Positions 30,125-40,736 of a DNA stretch of 64,000 bases are shown one piece after another. The notes under the pieces were generated by a model. The model was not told the DNA's origin, ran no database searches, and was given only the letters and a program-made list of their open reading frames with translations. The position numbers were made by a program, and so were the translations under genes. The stretch's first letter is position 1. Each line of letters starts with the position of its first letter. Origin of the DNA: an uncultured Solibacteraceae bacterium (GTDB lineage Bacteria; Acidobacteriota; Terriglobia; Bryobacterales; Bryobacteraceae); contig CAYOQB010000005.1 of NCBI GenBank assembly GCA_964406035.1, positions 10,860-74,859 of the forward strand. The letters run 5' to 3'.

Positions 30125-30645
30125 GGGTCATCGCGGGAGAGTTCCGCAGCCGCGCAATCAAGTCGCTGCGGGGGATGGAGACGCGCCCGACCCCGGATCG
30201 CTTGCGCGAGGCGCTGTTTAACATCCTGGCGCCGGAGATCGAGGGCGCGGTGTTCGTGGATGCTTATGCAGGCACGGGCGCGGTAGGGATTGAAGCTCTC
30301 AGCCGCGGGGCGCGCCGCGTCATCTTTCTGGAGAGATCGAAGGCCGCGTGCGCCATCATCCGCGAAAACCTGCGATCGCTGGGCGCGGCGGCTCGCGCGG
30401 AGATCCGCTGCGTTCCCGCCATCCGGTATCTGGGCTCCGCGGCGGCGGAGATCGTGTTCCTGGATCCGCCCTATGCGGAGGAGAAGGAATACGACGCGGC
30501 GCTGCGCGCGCTGGCCGGGACTCCGGTCCCGCTGGTGATCGCCCAGCACTCTCCCCGCCTGAAGCTGCGCGAGGAATACGGCGGGTTGCGGCGAACGAGG
30601 GTGCTAAACCAGGGCGATAACGAGCTCAGCTTCTACCGGCGATAA
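30121..30645 (+). CDS. rsmD: 16S rRNA (guanine966-N2)-methyltransferase
   Basis: MRVIAGEFRSRAIKS...TRPTPDRLREALFNIL, DAYAGTGAVGIEALSRGA and DPPY. ATGA overlap with recG. Confidence 0.88.
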   Translation: MRVIAGEFRSRAIKSLRGMETRPTPDRLREALFNILAPEIEGAVFVDAYAGTGAVGIEALSRGARRVIFLERSKAACAIIRENLRSLGAAARAEIRCVPAIRYLGSAAAEIVFLDPPYAEEKEYDAALRALAGTPVPLVIAQHSPRLKLREEYGGLRRTRVLNQGDNELSFYRR

Positions 30646-30687
30646 AGAAGCATCGAAACGTTCCCTTGCCTGTACCGTCCATCAGGC

Positions 30688-31305
30688 ATGCTGCGGATCG
30701 CACCCCTTCTGGTTTCGCTGGCGCTGAGCGCGGCCGGCACTCCCTCTTTCGTCGACACGGTGGTGGCAAAGCTTGATTTGAAGGCGGGGGAGTGCGTGGC
30801 CGACATTGGCGCCGGCCAGGGCCGCTTCACCCGGGCGATGTCGCGGCTTGTGGGCGACAGCGGTAAGGTATACGCGGTGGACCTGGACATTGTGCGCGCG
30901 CTTCCAGCGCTGCGCGAAATCGCGGCGAAGCAACCCAACGTGGTCCCGGTGGAGGGCGAAGAAAACAGTCCACGGCTGCAGCCGAACTCCGTCGATGCGG
31001 TGCTGATCGTGATCGCTTATCACGAGTTCCGGAAGCCGGAAGAGATGCTGCGCAACATCGCGACGGCTTTGAAACCCGGCGGCCGGCTGCTGCTGGTGGA
31101 GGATACGCCCAGGCCGTCGGCGAAAACACGCGAGGAGCAGACCCGTTCCCACGACCTGGCTTCCGAAATCGCCATTCCGGAACTCGAGAAGGCTGGGTTT
31201 CAGCTTGTCTCGCTCGACAACGACGTGGTCGACAGCACCGATCGCGGCGGGCGGAAGTGGATGGCTCTGTTCCGGCTGCGCGATTCTCAGCCCGGCAGCC
31301 GGTAG
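30688..31305 (+). CDS. Class I SAM-dependent methyltransferase with N-terminal signal/anchor
   Basis: Motif [13 protein letters not shown]. Post-I acidic residue (VYAVDLD). [11 protein letters not shown]. Confidence 0.8.
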   Translation: MLRIAPLLVSLALSAAGTPSFVDTVVAKLDLKAGECVADIGAGQGRFTRAMSRLVGDSGKVYAVDLDIVRALPALREIAAKQPNVVPVEGEENSPRLQPNSVDAVLIVIAYHEFRKPEEMLRNIATALKPGGRLLLVEDTPRPSAKTREEQTRSHDLASEIAIPELEKAGFQLVSLDNDVVDSTDRGGRKWMALFRLRDSQPGSR

Positions 31306-32925
31306 TCTTTGAACTGAGCCCGCAGCTTGGTTTTCAGCAGCTTGCCGGTGGCCGTGTGCGGCAGTTCGTCCACGAACACGACATCATCCGGCATCCACCA
31401 CTTCACGATGCGGTCGGCCAGGAAGCGGAGCACGCCGTCTTTATCGAGAGAAGAGCCCGGCTTGCGCACCACCAGCAGCAGCGGGCGCTCCTGCCATTTC
31501 TCGTGGGGAAGTCCGATCACCGCCGCTTCCTGAATCTCGGGGTGGCCAACAGCGGCGTTCTCCAGGTCGATGGAGGAGATCCATTCTCCGCCGGACTTTG
31601 ATTACGTCCTTGGCGCGATCGGTAATCTGCATATAGCCGTCGGCGTCCAGGTTGGCGACATCGCCGGTGGTGAAGAAGCCGTCCTGATCCAGAATGCGGC
31701 CGCCTTCCTCCTTGAAGTAGCCGCTGGTGATCCAGGGTCCGCGGACCTTCAGGTTGCCGGAGCTCCTGCCGTCGTGCGGCAGCGGGTTGCCATTGTCGTC
31801 CTCGATCTTCAGATCGACGCCGTAAACCGCCCGCCCCTGCTTGCACTGGTAGTCCAGCCGTTGTTGCAGCGGAAGATCCTTGTGCTTGTGCAGCAGCGTG
31901 CCTACGGTTCCGAGCGGCGACATCTCCGTCATGCCCCAGGCGTGCAGGACGAACGTGTTGAACTCGGTGGCGAACCGCTCGATCATGGCCCGCGGCGCGG
32001 CCGAACCGCCAATCACCACTCGCTCCAGCCGGATCCTGCTCCGGTCCACGTCCGGGTTAGCGTCCAAATACGAGAAGAAGTTCAGCCAAACGGTCGGCAC
32101 GCCGAGCGAGAAGTTGCAGTCTTCGCCGGTCAGCAGATTGCAGATGCTCTTTCCGTCCAGATGAGGGCCGGGCAGCACGAGCTTCGCGCCGCACATCGCC
32201 GCGCCATAGGGAACGCCCCAGGCATTGGCGTGAAACAGGGGCACGATCACCAGGGCGTTGTCCATGGTGCTCAGTCCCAGGCCATCGCGCATGCAGACGG
32301 CGTAGGAGTGCAACACCGTGGACCGGTGCCCGTAGAGCACGCCCTTGGGATTCCCGGTGGTCCCGGAGGTGTAGCAAAGGGAGGACGCGGTCCGTTCGTC
32401 GAACACCGGCCAGGTGAATTGTGGCGGCTGCGCGGCGATCCACTCTTCATAGCAGATCAGGTCCGGGATGGCGGTCTTCGCTGGCATGTGTTCGCGATCG
32501 GTCATCAGCACGTAGCCGCGCACGCTCTTGAGATGCGGCGCGACCTTCTCCAGCAGGGGCAGGAAGGTCAAGTCGAAGAAGATGAACTTGTCTTCGGCGT
32601 GATTGGCGATGTACTCGATCTGCTCCGGAAACAGCCGGGGGTTGATGGTGTGCAGCACCGCGCCGATGCCGGAGACCGCATAGTAAAGCTCCATGTGCCG
32701 GTAAGTGTTCCAGGCGAGCGTCGCGATGCGGTCGCCGGTCTGAGCGCCCATCGCGATGAGCGCGTTGGCGGCCTGCTTGGAGCGCCGCTGCAGGTCGCTA
32801 TAATTGCAGCGATGAAGCGGGCCTTCGACGGTCTGGGTCACGATCTCCCGGTCGCCGTGGAATTCGGCGGCGAAGTCGATGAGGCTCGAAATGAGAAGAG
32901 GGCGGTCCTGGATCAGCGAGAGCAT
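31287..32925 (-). pseudogene. Acyl-CoA synthetase (AMP-forming, long/medium-chain type) disrupted by a 1-nt frameshift
   Basis: The 494-aa ORF carries the AMP-binding motif YTSGTTGNPKG and GYFKEE...TGDVA. After [10 protein letters not shown] the frame breaks. Dropping one base near 31596-31599 restores [35 protein letters not shown], which joins the 77-aa ORF 31287-31520 (C-terminal domain ending [12 protein letters not shown]). Confidence 0.85.
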
Positions 32926-32999
32926 TCGGGTTTGATTTTATGTGATTGTCCATCCTCAGGGCACTAACCCGTTCGGGGGCAGGCACGTCAAAGGTCAGA

Positions 33000-34286
33000 A
33001 TGAGACAAGAGTGGGCGTTGACCATCGTCCTGGCAATGGGACACCTCGCATACGGCTTCCAAGCGGCTCCAGCAGTCGAGGCGGGGGAACTGGCGAAACG
33101 GGTGAATGCGTACCTGGAGCCCTATGAGCGAGCGGGACATCTCTCGGGAGTTCTTATCGTGGCGCGCGGTCCGGAGCTGATCCTGGAGAAAGCCTACGGA
33201 CAAGCGAACCGCGAACTGCGCGTTCCGAATACCCGAGACACGAGATTCAACGTCGCATCGATCACCAAGCCGATCACCCAGATCATCGGCGTCAAGCTCC
33301 TGGAGCAGAAGCGATTTGCCATCAGCGACAAGCTGTCCAAGTGGATTCCGGAGTTTCCGAACGGCGATCGCATCACCGTGGAACAGTTGTGGCGTCACCG
33401 CGCCGGGATTCCCCATCAAGTGACAGCGTTGGAAGACGAAGTACGGCCGATGACTCCCGCGGAAGTGACGGCGCTTGCCGCCAAGAAACCGCTTCAGTTT
33501 GAGCCCGGAGCGCGGGAAGGCTACAGTTCCGGCGGCTACACCGTGTTGACGCGGGTTCTGGAACTCGCCTCGGGAAAAAGCTATCCCGAACTGCTGCAGG
33601 AGCATGTTTTCGGACCCGCGGGCATGACCCGGACCGCGCATGTCTCGAGCATCGAGATACTGCCGGATCGGGCTGCCTCCTTCGGCTTTGGCCCCAAGGG
33701 GTTTGAAAACGCCCGACTGATGGACTACACGCATCTGGCGGGCGCCGGATCACTCTACTCGACCGCACCCGATCTGCTGGCGTTGATGCGAGCCGTTGTC
33801 GACGGGAAGTTCGGCGCCAGCGTGAAGGCGAGTTTGATGCGGGAATCGGGGTTGAACTGGAACGGCCTCGTGAACCAGTTCCGCGCGTTCGCCCGATACG
33901 AGAAAGCAGGCGACTTCTATATCGTGTACACATCGAATCTCTTCTCCGGCGCTGCCGATCGCATGCGTCAGGACCTGCCCAAGGTGCTTCGCGGCGAAAC
34001 CGTTCCTCCCGCGACCGAGATTCGCATGCAGCCCACGCCGGTGCCGGTCAGCCAGTTGCGTTCCCTGGAGGGCGGGTACGACATGAACGGATCCCTATTG
34101 AACGTTCGTGAGGACCACGGTTTTCTCCGCGTCAATGACCGGTTGCTGGTGCCCTCCGGGCCCGGTTCGTTCTTCTGTCCCCAGGATTACGGAACGATTC
34201 AGTTCCGGATGGATGATGCAGGCAAGCCGGTGGGAATGGACTGGACCAGCGGTGGAGCCGTAATCCAGATCCCACGGAAGCAGTGA
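33000..34286 (+). CDS. Serine hydrolase, beta-lactamase/PBP4* family
   Basis: Signal-like N-terminus from ATG 33000. Catalytic SxxK motif (ASITK). YSSGGY (YxN-like region). Confidence 0.85.
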   Translation: MRQEWALTIVLAMGHLAYGFQAAPAVEAGELAKRVNAYLEPYERAGHLSGVLIVARGPELILEKAYGQANRELRVPNTRDTRFNVASITKPITQIIGVKLLEQKRFAISDKLSKWIPEFPNGDRITVEQLWRHRAGIPHQVTALEDEVRPMTPAEVTALAAKKPLQFEPGAREGYSSGGYTVLTRVLELASGKSYPELLQEHVFGPAGMTRTAHVSSIEILPDRAASFGFGPKGFENARLMDYTHLAGAGSLYSTAPDLLALMRAVVDGKFGASVKASLMRESGLNWNGLVNQFRAFARYEKAGDFYIVYTSNLFSGAADRMRQDLPKVLRGETVPPATEIRMQPTPVPVSQLRSLEGGYDMNGSLLNVREDHGFLRVNDRLLVPSGPGSFFCPQDYGTIQFRMDDAGKPVGMDWTSGGAVIQIPRKQ

Positions 34287-34332
34287 AGCCGCAGCAGGGA
34301 GGGCGGGCTTTTCGCTATGATTCCCTTCTGCG

Positions 34333-35649
34333 ATGATCCCCCGCTACACACGCCCGGAGATGGCGCTCATCTGGAGCGACGAGAACCGTTACCGCGCGTG
34401 GCGCGACGTGGAAGTGGCGGCGTCGGAAGCGCTGGCCGAGCTAAATGAGATCCCCGCCGACGCCGCCCGCAAGATCCGCCAGTACTCCGGCTTTAAGGTC
34501 CAGCGCATCCTCGACATCGAAAAGGAAGTGAAGCACGACGTAATCGCCTTCACTACCGCGATCGCCGAGAACATGAAGGCCGCGGGTCACGGGGAAGCGT
34601 CGCGCTGGCTGCACTACGGGCTTACGTCCAACGATGTGGTTGACACCGCGAACGCGCTACTGGTGCGGCAGGCATCGGGAGTGATCATCGGGGGCTTGCG
34701 CAAGCTCTCGCAGATTCTGCGGCGGCGCGCCCAGGAGTTCCGTTATGCGGTGCAGATCGGGCGGACCCATGGAGTTCATGCCGAGCCGATCACCTTCGGG
34801 CTGAAGCTCGCGTTGTGGTACGACGAGGTCCGCCGCAACACGGACCGTTTTCGAGCCTCGGCCGACGATATGCGCGTCGGCAAGATTTCGGGCGCGGTAG
34901 GCACCTTCGGTCATATCGGACCGGAAGCCGAGGAACGGATTTGCGAAAAACTGGGGCTGCGCCCGGCGCCGATCGCCAGCCAGGTGATCTCGCGCGACCG
35001 CCACGCGGCATACCTCTCTGACCTGGCTCTGATCGCCGCGTTGTGCGAGAAGATCGCCTTGGAAGTCAGACACTTGCAGCGAACCGAGGTGCGCGAGGCG
35101 GAGGAGCCGTTCGCCGAAGGGCAAAAGGGATCGTCGGCGATGCCGCATAAGCGCAATCCGGTGACTAGCGAGCAGATCTGCGGACTGGCCCGCGTGGTGC
35201 GCTCCAACGCCCTTGCGGGGTTCGAAAACGTCGCTTTATGGCACGAACGCGACATCTCGCATTCGTCGGTGGAGCGTGTGATCCTGCCCGATTCGACTAC
35301 GCTGACCGACTATCTGCTGGCGAAAACCTGCTGGCTGGTGGAGGATCTGGCGGTTTATCCGGAGCGGATGAAGCGCAACCTGGAATCCACGCACGGGTTG
35401 GTGTTTTCCGGGCAACTCCTTCTGGATCTAGCGGCTGCGGGGATGTTGCGGGAGACGGCGTATCGCGTGGTGCAGAATCATGCGATGAAGGCGTGGCAGG
35501 AGGAAGGCAACTTCCGGGATGCGATCCGGAGCGATCCCGAAATCGCTAACTACCTGACTGCAGAGCAGATAGACGCCAGTTTTTCGCTCGACCGGCAGTT
35601 GAAGAACGTCGACAAGATCTTCCTTCGGGTATTTGGAGACGAAGATTGA
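34333..35649 (+). CDS. purB: Adenylosuccinate lyase
   Basis: MIPRYTRPEM N-terminus and fumarate-lyase signature GSSAMPHKRNP. Confidence 0.95.
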   Translation: MIPRYTRPEMALIWSDENRYRAWRDVEVAASEALAELNEIPADAARKIRQYSGFKVQRILDIEKEVKHDVIAFTTAIAENMKAAGHGEASRWLHYGLTSNDVVDTANALLVRQASGVIIGGLRKLSQILRRRAQEFRYAVQIGRTHGVHAEPITFGLKLALWYDEVRRNTDRFRASADDMRVGKISGAVGTFGHIGPEAEERICEKLGLRPAPIASQVISRDRHAAYLSDLALIAALCEKIALEVRHLQRTEVREAEEPFAEGQKGSSAMPHKRNPVTSEQICGLARVVRSNALAGFENVALWHERDISHSSVERVILPDSTTLTDYLLAKTCWLVEDLAVYPERMKRNLESTHGLVFSGQLLLDLAAAGMLRETAYRVVQNHAMKAWQEEGNFRDAIRSDPEIANYLTAEQIDASFSLDRQLKNVDKIFLRVFGDED

Positions 35650-35776
35650 GCGAAGGGATCGTAATAGACGTAACGCTTCCGCTCCGGCCTCTCTCCATCA
35701 AAAATCCTAGATAGAAAAAATCAGTTCTGCAGTACACTAGGAAGCGAAGTCCTAAGGGCTTTGGGTTCGTCAGGCA

Positions 35777-36205
35777 ATGTCACTTCAAGCTCGTAGCTCC
35801 GGTGTCGAAGTATCGCGGGTGCTGGTGGTCGACGATGACCCCACATCGCGCCTCACTTTGAAGACCCTGTTGCAGGCAGGGGGTTACAACGTGGACTCCG
35901 CAGCTTCCGCCGCGGAGGCGGTCGACAAGCTGGACAAGAAAGAATACTCTTTAGTAATCAGCGACTTGCAGATGGAGTCCCCGGAGGCTGGGTTGAAGGT
36001 GCTGGCCCACGCCCGCATGATGGACTACAAGCCTGCCACCGCGCTGGTCACCACGTATCAGAATAGTCCGAGGTCGCAAAACCACAAGAGCAAGCTGCTC
36101 ATCAGCAGCGAAGATCTGCCAAACCTGCTTGGAAAAGTGGCGGACCTGATCGGACGCCGCACCGCGCGTCGGGTGGAACGCGAGCTCCGGCTCGCAGGTG
36201 CCTGA
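35777..36205 (+). CDS. Single-domain response regulator (REC only)
   Basis: VLVVDDDPTSR with a phospho-acceptor context LVISDLQM. No output domain. Confidence 0.85.
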   Translation: MSLQARSSGVEVSRVLVVDDDPTSRLTLKTLLQAGGYNVDSAASAAEAVDKLDKKEYSLVISDLQMESPEAGLKVLAHARMMDYKPATALVTTYQNSPRSQNHKSKLLISSEDLPNLLGKVADLIGRRTARRVERELRLAGA

Positions 36206-36236
36206 GAACAAAACACAAAACAGCTAAGGTTCGGCC

Positions 36237-36860
36237 CTAAGGCAGCTTGAAAACCGCGTATTCGAGCTCTTCCAGCCCGCCCGCGAAGAAGTGATCCCGC
36301 GCCGGAATAGCGATCAGTTGCTTGGGGTCGGGCAGCGCATCCACGACTTTGCGCAGATCTTCCAAAGGCCCGTATTCGTCGTGCGAGCTTTGGATGAAGT
36401 AGCGCGGAACGGTGCAGTTCGCGAGGAACTGCCGGTCGGGATAGATGGTGGGGAAGCCGACCGGGATCAGGCGGCGGGCGCCGATGCCGGGGCAGCCGAG
36501 GCGGCAGATTACGCGGCTGCCGAAGCTAAACCCGGCGAGCGTGAAGGGCAGATCGGGGTAGCGGCGGCGCAACTCGTCCAGCGCCGCGCGAGCATCTTCC
36601 ACTTCTCCGTCGCCGCGATCGTAGACGCCTTCGCTGAGGTTCACGCCGCGGTAGTTGAAGCGAAGCACCACGCAGCCGGCGTGCCGAAGGCCGCGCGCCA
36701 CGCGATGCACCACTTTGTTGTGCATGGTGCCGCCGTGTTGCGGATGCGGATGGCAGACGAGCGCGGCTTCGCGAGGCTCGGCGTCCTCGGGTTCCTCCAG
36801 CAGCGCCTCCAGGCGACCGGCGGGTCCCGCGACAAACAACGTTTCGATCTTGCGAATCAT
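36237..36860 (-). CDS. Alpha/beta hydrolase fold protein (~207 aa)
   Basis: CHPHPQHGGTMHNKVV block and nucleophile elbow GFSFGS. Its ATG immediately follows the yajQ stop (TAGATG). Confidence 0.8.
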   Translation of the reverse strand: MIRKIETLFVAGPAGRLEALLEEPEDAEPREAALVCHPHPQHGGTMHNKVVHRVARGLRHAGCVVLRFNYRGVNLSEGVYDRGDGEVEDARAALDELRRRYPDLPFTLAGFSFGSRVICRLGCPGIGARRLIPVGFPTIYPDRQFLANCTVPRYFIQSSHDEYGPLEDLRKVVDALPDPKQLIAIPARDHFFAGGLEELEYAVFKLP

Positions 36861-37361
36861 CTAGTTGGAACGGTAGTTGGTGAACTGCATGTCGATGCCG
36901 AAGTCGTGCCCGCGCAGCAGCGCGATAACGTCCTGCAGCGTGTCGCGATCCTTGCCGGCGACACGCACGAAGTCGCCTTGGATGGACGCCTGCACCTTCT
37001 TTTTCGCGTCCTTGATCAGCTTCACGATCTCGCGGGCTTTCTCCGTGGAGATTCCCTGCTGCAAGGTAATCTCCTGGCGGACGGTGGAGGAAGCGGCGGT
37101 CTCGATCTTGCCGTAGGTAAGCCCCTTCAGCGGAACCTGGCGCTTCACCAGCTTCGACTCCAGGATGTCCTTCACCGCTTTCAGCTTGAAATCGTCCTTG
37201 GAATGCAGCGTGATCTTGCTGTCCTTCTCGTTCAGCTCGATGGTGGAATGCGAGTCCTTCAGGTCGTAGCGGGTGGTGATCTCCTTCATCGCCTGCTGGA
37301 TGGCATTCACCACTTCGGGGAGCTCGATCTTGGAAACAATGTCAAAACTATTGTCGGGCAT
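36861..37361 (-). CDS. yajQ: YajQ family (UPF0234) nucleotide / cyclic-di-GMP-binding protein
   Basis: MPDNSFDIVSKIELPEVVNAIQQAMKEITTRYDLKDS and the C-terminal KVQASIQGDFVRVAGKDRDTLQ are typical of YajQ. Confidence 0.9.
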   Translation of the reverse strand: MPDNSFDIVSKIELPEVVNAIQQAMKEITTRYDLKDSHSTIELNEKDSKITLHSKDDFKLKAVKDILESKLVKRQVPLKGLTYGKIETAASSTVRQEITLQQGISTEKAREIVKLIKDAKKKVQASIQGDFVRVAGKDRDTLQDVIALLRGHDFGIDMQFTNYRSN

Positions 37362-37472
37362 GGGTCAGAATCTCAGTCTCGCATAAGTGCCGGGCGCGGC
37401 TGCCGGAGACGAAATCGATTGCCCTCATATTCGGCCAGGAGTTATACTCAACCCAGCTTGACGGGGGTGTCG

Positions 37473-40400
37473 ATGAATACATTTCTGAAGTGTTTGTGGA
37501 TCAGCCTGATGGCGGGATTGCTGGCGGCGCAGACCGTCACCGGTTCGCTGGAGGGCCGCGTGACCGACCCGAGCGGCAGCGTGCTGCCCGGGGCCAAAAT
37601 CACGGTGAAAAACAAGGATACGAACCTGACCCGGGAGGCGGTCACCAACAGCCAGGGCTATTATCAGCTCACGTTCCTTCCGCTGGGCGAGTACACGGTG
37701 GTGGCGGAGGCCCAAGGATTCGCGCGCACGACGCGCAACGCGATCGTGGAATTGGCCACGGTGCGCGCGGCAGACTTCCAGTTGCAGCTCTCCAGTGTGG
37801 CGGCGGAGGTGACGGTCTCCGCGGACGCCGCGCTAATCGACACGGCGCGCGGGGAGGTCCGCAACTCGCTCGATGAAAAGACGATCGAGGACCGGCCCCT
37901 GCCGTCGCGCAACATTTTGTCGCTGGTGGAGCAGATGGCGGGATTTCAGAGCTCGGGCTCGTTCGGCGGCGTGAACAACCCCACGCTGTCCTCGGGGTCC
38001 TATGTTTCCTTCAACGGAACCGGCACCCGCTCGGCGAGCTTCCAGGTGGACGGCGTCAACAACGACGACAACTCGGAAGGCACCAATCGCCAGAACGTCA
38101 ACATTTCGTCGATCAAGGAATTCCAGGTGCTGACAAACGCATACTCGGCCGAGTTCGGACGTGCCGGGGGCGCGGTGGTCCTGGTGCAGACCAAGTCCGG
38201 CACCAACCGCTGGCATGGCGATCTCTATGAGTTCCTGCAGAATGACAAGCTGAATTCGAACAGTTTTGTGAACAATGCGCTGGGGCGGAACGCCGCCGGG
38301 CAGGAGGTCGCCCCGCGTCCGCCGATCCGTCGCAATCAATTCGGCGGGACCGTGGGCGGACCGATTCTTCGGAACAAGCTGTTCTTCTTCCTGAGCGGTG
38401 AAGCGACGCAGCTCCGGCAGTACACTACAATCCGCCGCTGGCTGATCCCCGCACAGCAGCTCCAGGTGGGCGAATGCCGGCTCTGCCTGAATCCGGCGGA
38501 GCATCCAAATCTGGATGCCGATCGCCGCTTCCTGCAGAGCATCCTGGACCGCTTTCCCCGCGTGGCGCCCAACGCGACGAACGTCTGTCCGCAGTGCTTC
38601 GTGGGGCAGCGCCCGTCCGATTTTCCGGATCGCGACTACTCGGCCAAGCTGGATTGGATCGCTTCCGCTAAGAACACAGTCGCTCTGCGCTACCAGTATT
38701 CGCGGCAGCGCCGCGATCCCGGCGAGCTGATTCCCGGTGAGGTGGCCCGGCAGAACAACAAGCAGCAGAACCTGGGGCTGACCGCGACGCAACTGTTTAC
38801 GCCGACGTTGTGGGGCGAGTTCCGCTTTGGGCTGGGCTTACGCACCACCACAGTGAACATCTCCGGCGGCAACGATACGCCCGTGGTGCGAATTAGCAAT
38901 CCGGGACCGGCGGCCTATTCGACCACCCTGCTGGGGAACGCGAACCAGTTCCCGATCCTGCGCTACCAAACGGATTTCCAGTACGTGTACAACCTTTCGT
39001 GGATTGCCGGCAAGCACGTGATCCGCGCCGGAGTTGATTACCGCCGCCAGTGGCTGGATGATCGCGCGGATCAGGCGTCGCGCGGCTTCTGGAACTTCGC
39101 GGCGACCGGAGTACTCGGGACAGCGGGACGCTACGAAGGTTACGAGAACTTCCTGCGCGGCTTCGCGACCAGTTTCCAGCGGGGCTACGGCAACTTCTTC
39201 ACCCGGAACCGCAGCGCGGAGTTCAACCAGTACATCCAGGACGATTTCAAGCTGACTCCCAATCTGACGCTGAACCTCGGCCTGCGGTATGAGTACGTGC
39301 TGGCGCCTAAGGAAGTGGATGGCTTTATCAACTACGGCTACGGCAATTACGGCGCTTTCCAACCGCGGTTTGGATTCGCCTGGGTGCCGGTGAAGTCTAA
39401 CCGCATCCTGAACCTGATCACCGGCGGGTCGCAGCAGAGCGCCATTCGAGGCGGGTTTGGCATGTTCAACAACCGGATCTTCGGGTCGATCTTCTCGCAG
39501 CGCGCCAATTTGCGCGCGCTTCCGCCCTATGGCGCGGTGCGCAGCTTCGATCCGACTTTCAACGTAGCCGATCCGTCGAACGGCTTCGTGTTCCGCCCGG
39601 ACCAGCCGGTGGGACGCATCGATATCGCGCGCGTGGACCCGAGCCTGCGCCTTCCCTGGGTCTATCAGTGGAACTTCACCTTCGACCGGCAGTTCGGGAA
39701 AGCAGTGACCATGTCGCTCGGCTATAACGGGACTCGCGGAATCGGGCTGCTCGGATTCAATTCCCTGAACCGGGCGCAGTTCCCGTTCACGGACCCGATC
39801 ACCGGGATTCGGTACGATCGCGTAGATCCGAATCCGGCCAACACGGCGCCAGCGCCGGGGGTGATTTCGCAGGCGCAGCCGCGCGTGAACAATCGCCGCC
39901 CCGATCCGCGCTATCTGAACGTCAACTTCATCACCAACAACATCTGGACCTACTATCACAGCCTGCGCGCGGAGATCCGCAAACGCAATCGGGCGGGCTT
40001 CCACTGGTCCGTGGCCTACACGCTGTCCAAGTCCATCGACACCGGATCGGACGCCTTCGAAGGCGATCCCATCACCGAGTTCGACGGGCCGGCGAGCAAT
40101 CGCGGTCTGAGCTCCCTGCACCAGTTGCATCGCCTCAATCTGAACTACAGCTATGAGCTGCCGTGGTTCAAGCGAGGACTCGGATGGAAGCGGCAGGTTC
40201 TCGGCGGCTGGCAAATCTCGGGGAACAACACGTTCGCTACCGGAAACCCCTTCACGGTGCTCGCGGGAACGGATGTGAACGGCGACGGCATCAACAACGA
40301 TCGCGGGGTGCTGATCAACAACTCGTTCTTCGGCACCAGCGTGGACAACGGCCGCGTGGACCCGGCAACGGGCCGCGTGATCAGCACCCTGCAGCTTCCC

Positions 40401-40736
40401 GCGACGGCCTTTCTGCCCCCGGCTGCGCGGTTCTTCGATCCGGGCGGCACCGGCGCCGGCAGCCTGGGCCGCAACACTTTCTTCGGGCAGGGCATTACCT
40501 TCTGGGATCTGGGCGTGACCAAGAAGTTTGCCGTGCGCGAGGGCCACAACCTGACGTTCCGGGCGGAGATGTACAACGTGACGAATACGCCGCGCTGGGC
40601 GTTCCCCGGCCGCAGCCTGAACGCCGTATCCTTCGGGGTGATTGCTGGAACGTACAACCCGCAGAACTTCGTTGGCGCCAGCCGCACGGACGATCTGAAT
40701 CGCGTCGTTCAGCTTTCGCTGCGCTACATTTTCTAG
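37473..40736 (+). CDS. TonB-dependent-receptor-like outer-membrane protein with N-terminal carboxypeptidase-regulatory-like domain (1087 aa)
   Basis: ATG 37473 gives the signal peptide MNTFLKCLWISLMAGLLAAQ. CarboxypepD_reg-like GRVTDPSGSVLPGAKITVKN...GYYQLTFLPLGEYTV. The barrel ends in an aromatic residue (LRYIF). The 36291 track start is an antisense run-on. Confidence 0.87.
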   Translation: MNTFLKCLWISLMAGLLAAQTVTGSLEGRVTDPSGSVLPGAKITVKNKDTNLTREAVTNSQGYYQLTFLPLGEYTVVAEAQGFARTTRNAIVELATVRAADFQLQLSSVAAEVTVSADAALIDTARGEVRNSLDEKTIEDRPLPSRNILSLVEQMAGFQSSGSFGGVNNPTLSSGSYVSFNGTGTRSASFQVDGVNNDDNSEGTNRQNVNISSIKEFQVLTNAYSAEFGRAGGAVVLVQTKSGTNRWHGDLYEFLQNDKLNSNSFVNNALGRNAAGQEVAPRPPIRRNQFGGTVGGPILRNKLFFFLSGEATQLRQYTTIRRWLIPAQQLQVGECRLCLNPAEHPNLDADRRFLQSILDRFPRVAPNATNVCPQCFVGQRPSDFPDRDYSAKLDWIASAKNTVALRYQYSRQRRDPGELIPGEVARQNNKQQNLGLTATQLFTPTLWGEFRFGLGLRTTTVNISGGNDTPVVRISNPGPAAYSTTLLGNANQFPILRYQTDFQYVYNLSWIAGKHVIRAGVDYRRQWLDDRADQASRGFWNFAATGVLGTAGRYEGYENFLRGFATSFQRGYGNFFTRNRSAEFNQYIQDDFKLTPNLTLNLGLRYEYVLAPKEVDGFINYGYGNYGAFQPRFGFAWVPVKSNRILNLITGGSQQSAIRGGFGMFNNRIFGSIFSQRANLRALPPYGAVRSFDPTFNVADPSNGFVFRPDQPVGRIDIARVDPSLRLPWVYQWNFTFDRQFGKAVTMSLGYNGTRGIGLLGFNSLNRAQFPFTDPITGIRYDRVDPNPANTAPAPGVISQAQPRVNNRRPDPRYLNVNFITNNIWTYYHSLRAEIRKRNRAGFHWSVAYTLSKSIDTGSDAFEGDPITEFDGPASNRGLSSLHQLHRLNLNYSYELPWFKRGLGWKRQVLGGWQISGNNTFATGNPFTVLAGTDVNGDGINNDRGVLINNSFFGTSVDNGRVDPATGRVISTLQLPATAFLPPAARFFDPGGTGAGSLGRNTFFGQGITFWDLGVTKKFAVREGHNLTFRAEMYNVTNTPRWAFPGRSLNAVSFGVIAGTYNPQNFVGASRTDDLNRVVQLSLRYIF

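Noticed and set aside
31590-31600. Programmed ribosomal frameshift in the acyl-CoA synthetase
   Set aside because: No canonical slippery heptamer or downstream pseudoknot or hairpin is evident. A 1-nt indel at a short homopolymer is the simpler explanation.
36291-37472. N-terminal 394 codons of the 1481-aa track ORF
   Set aside because: This part runs antisense through the alpha/beta hydrolase and yajQ genes. The real receptor gene starts at ATG 37473, where a signal peptide begins.
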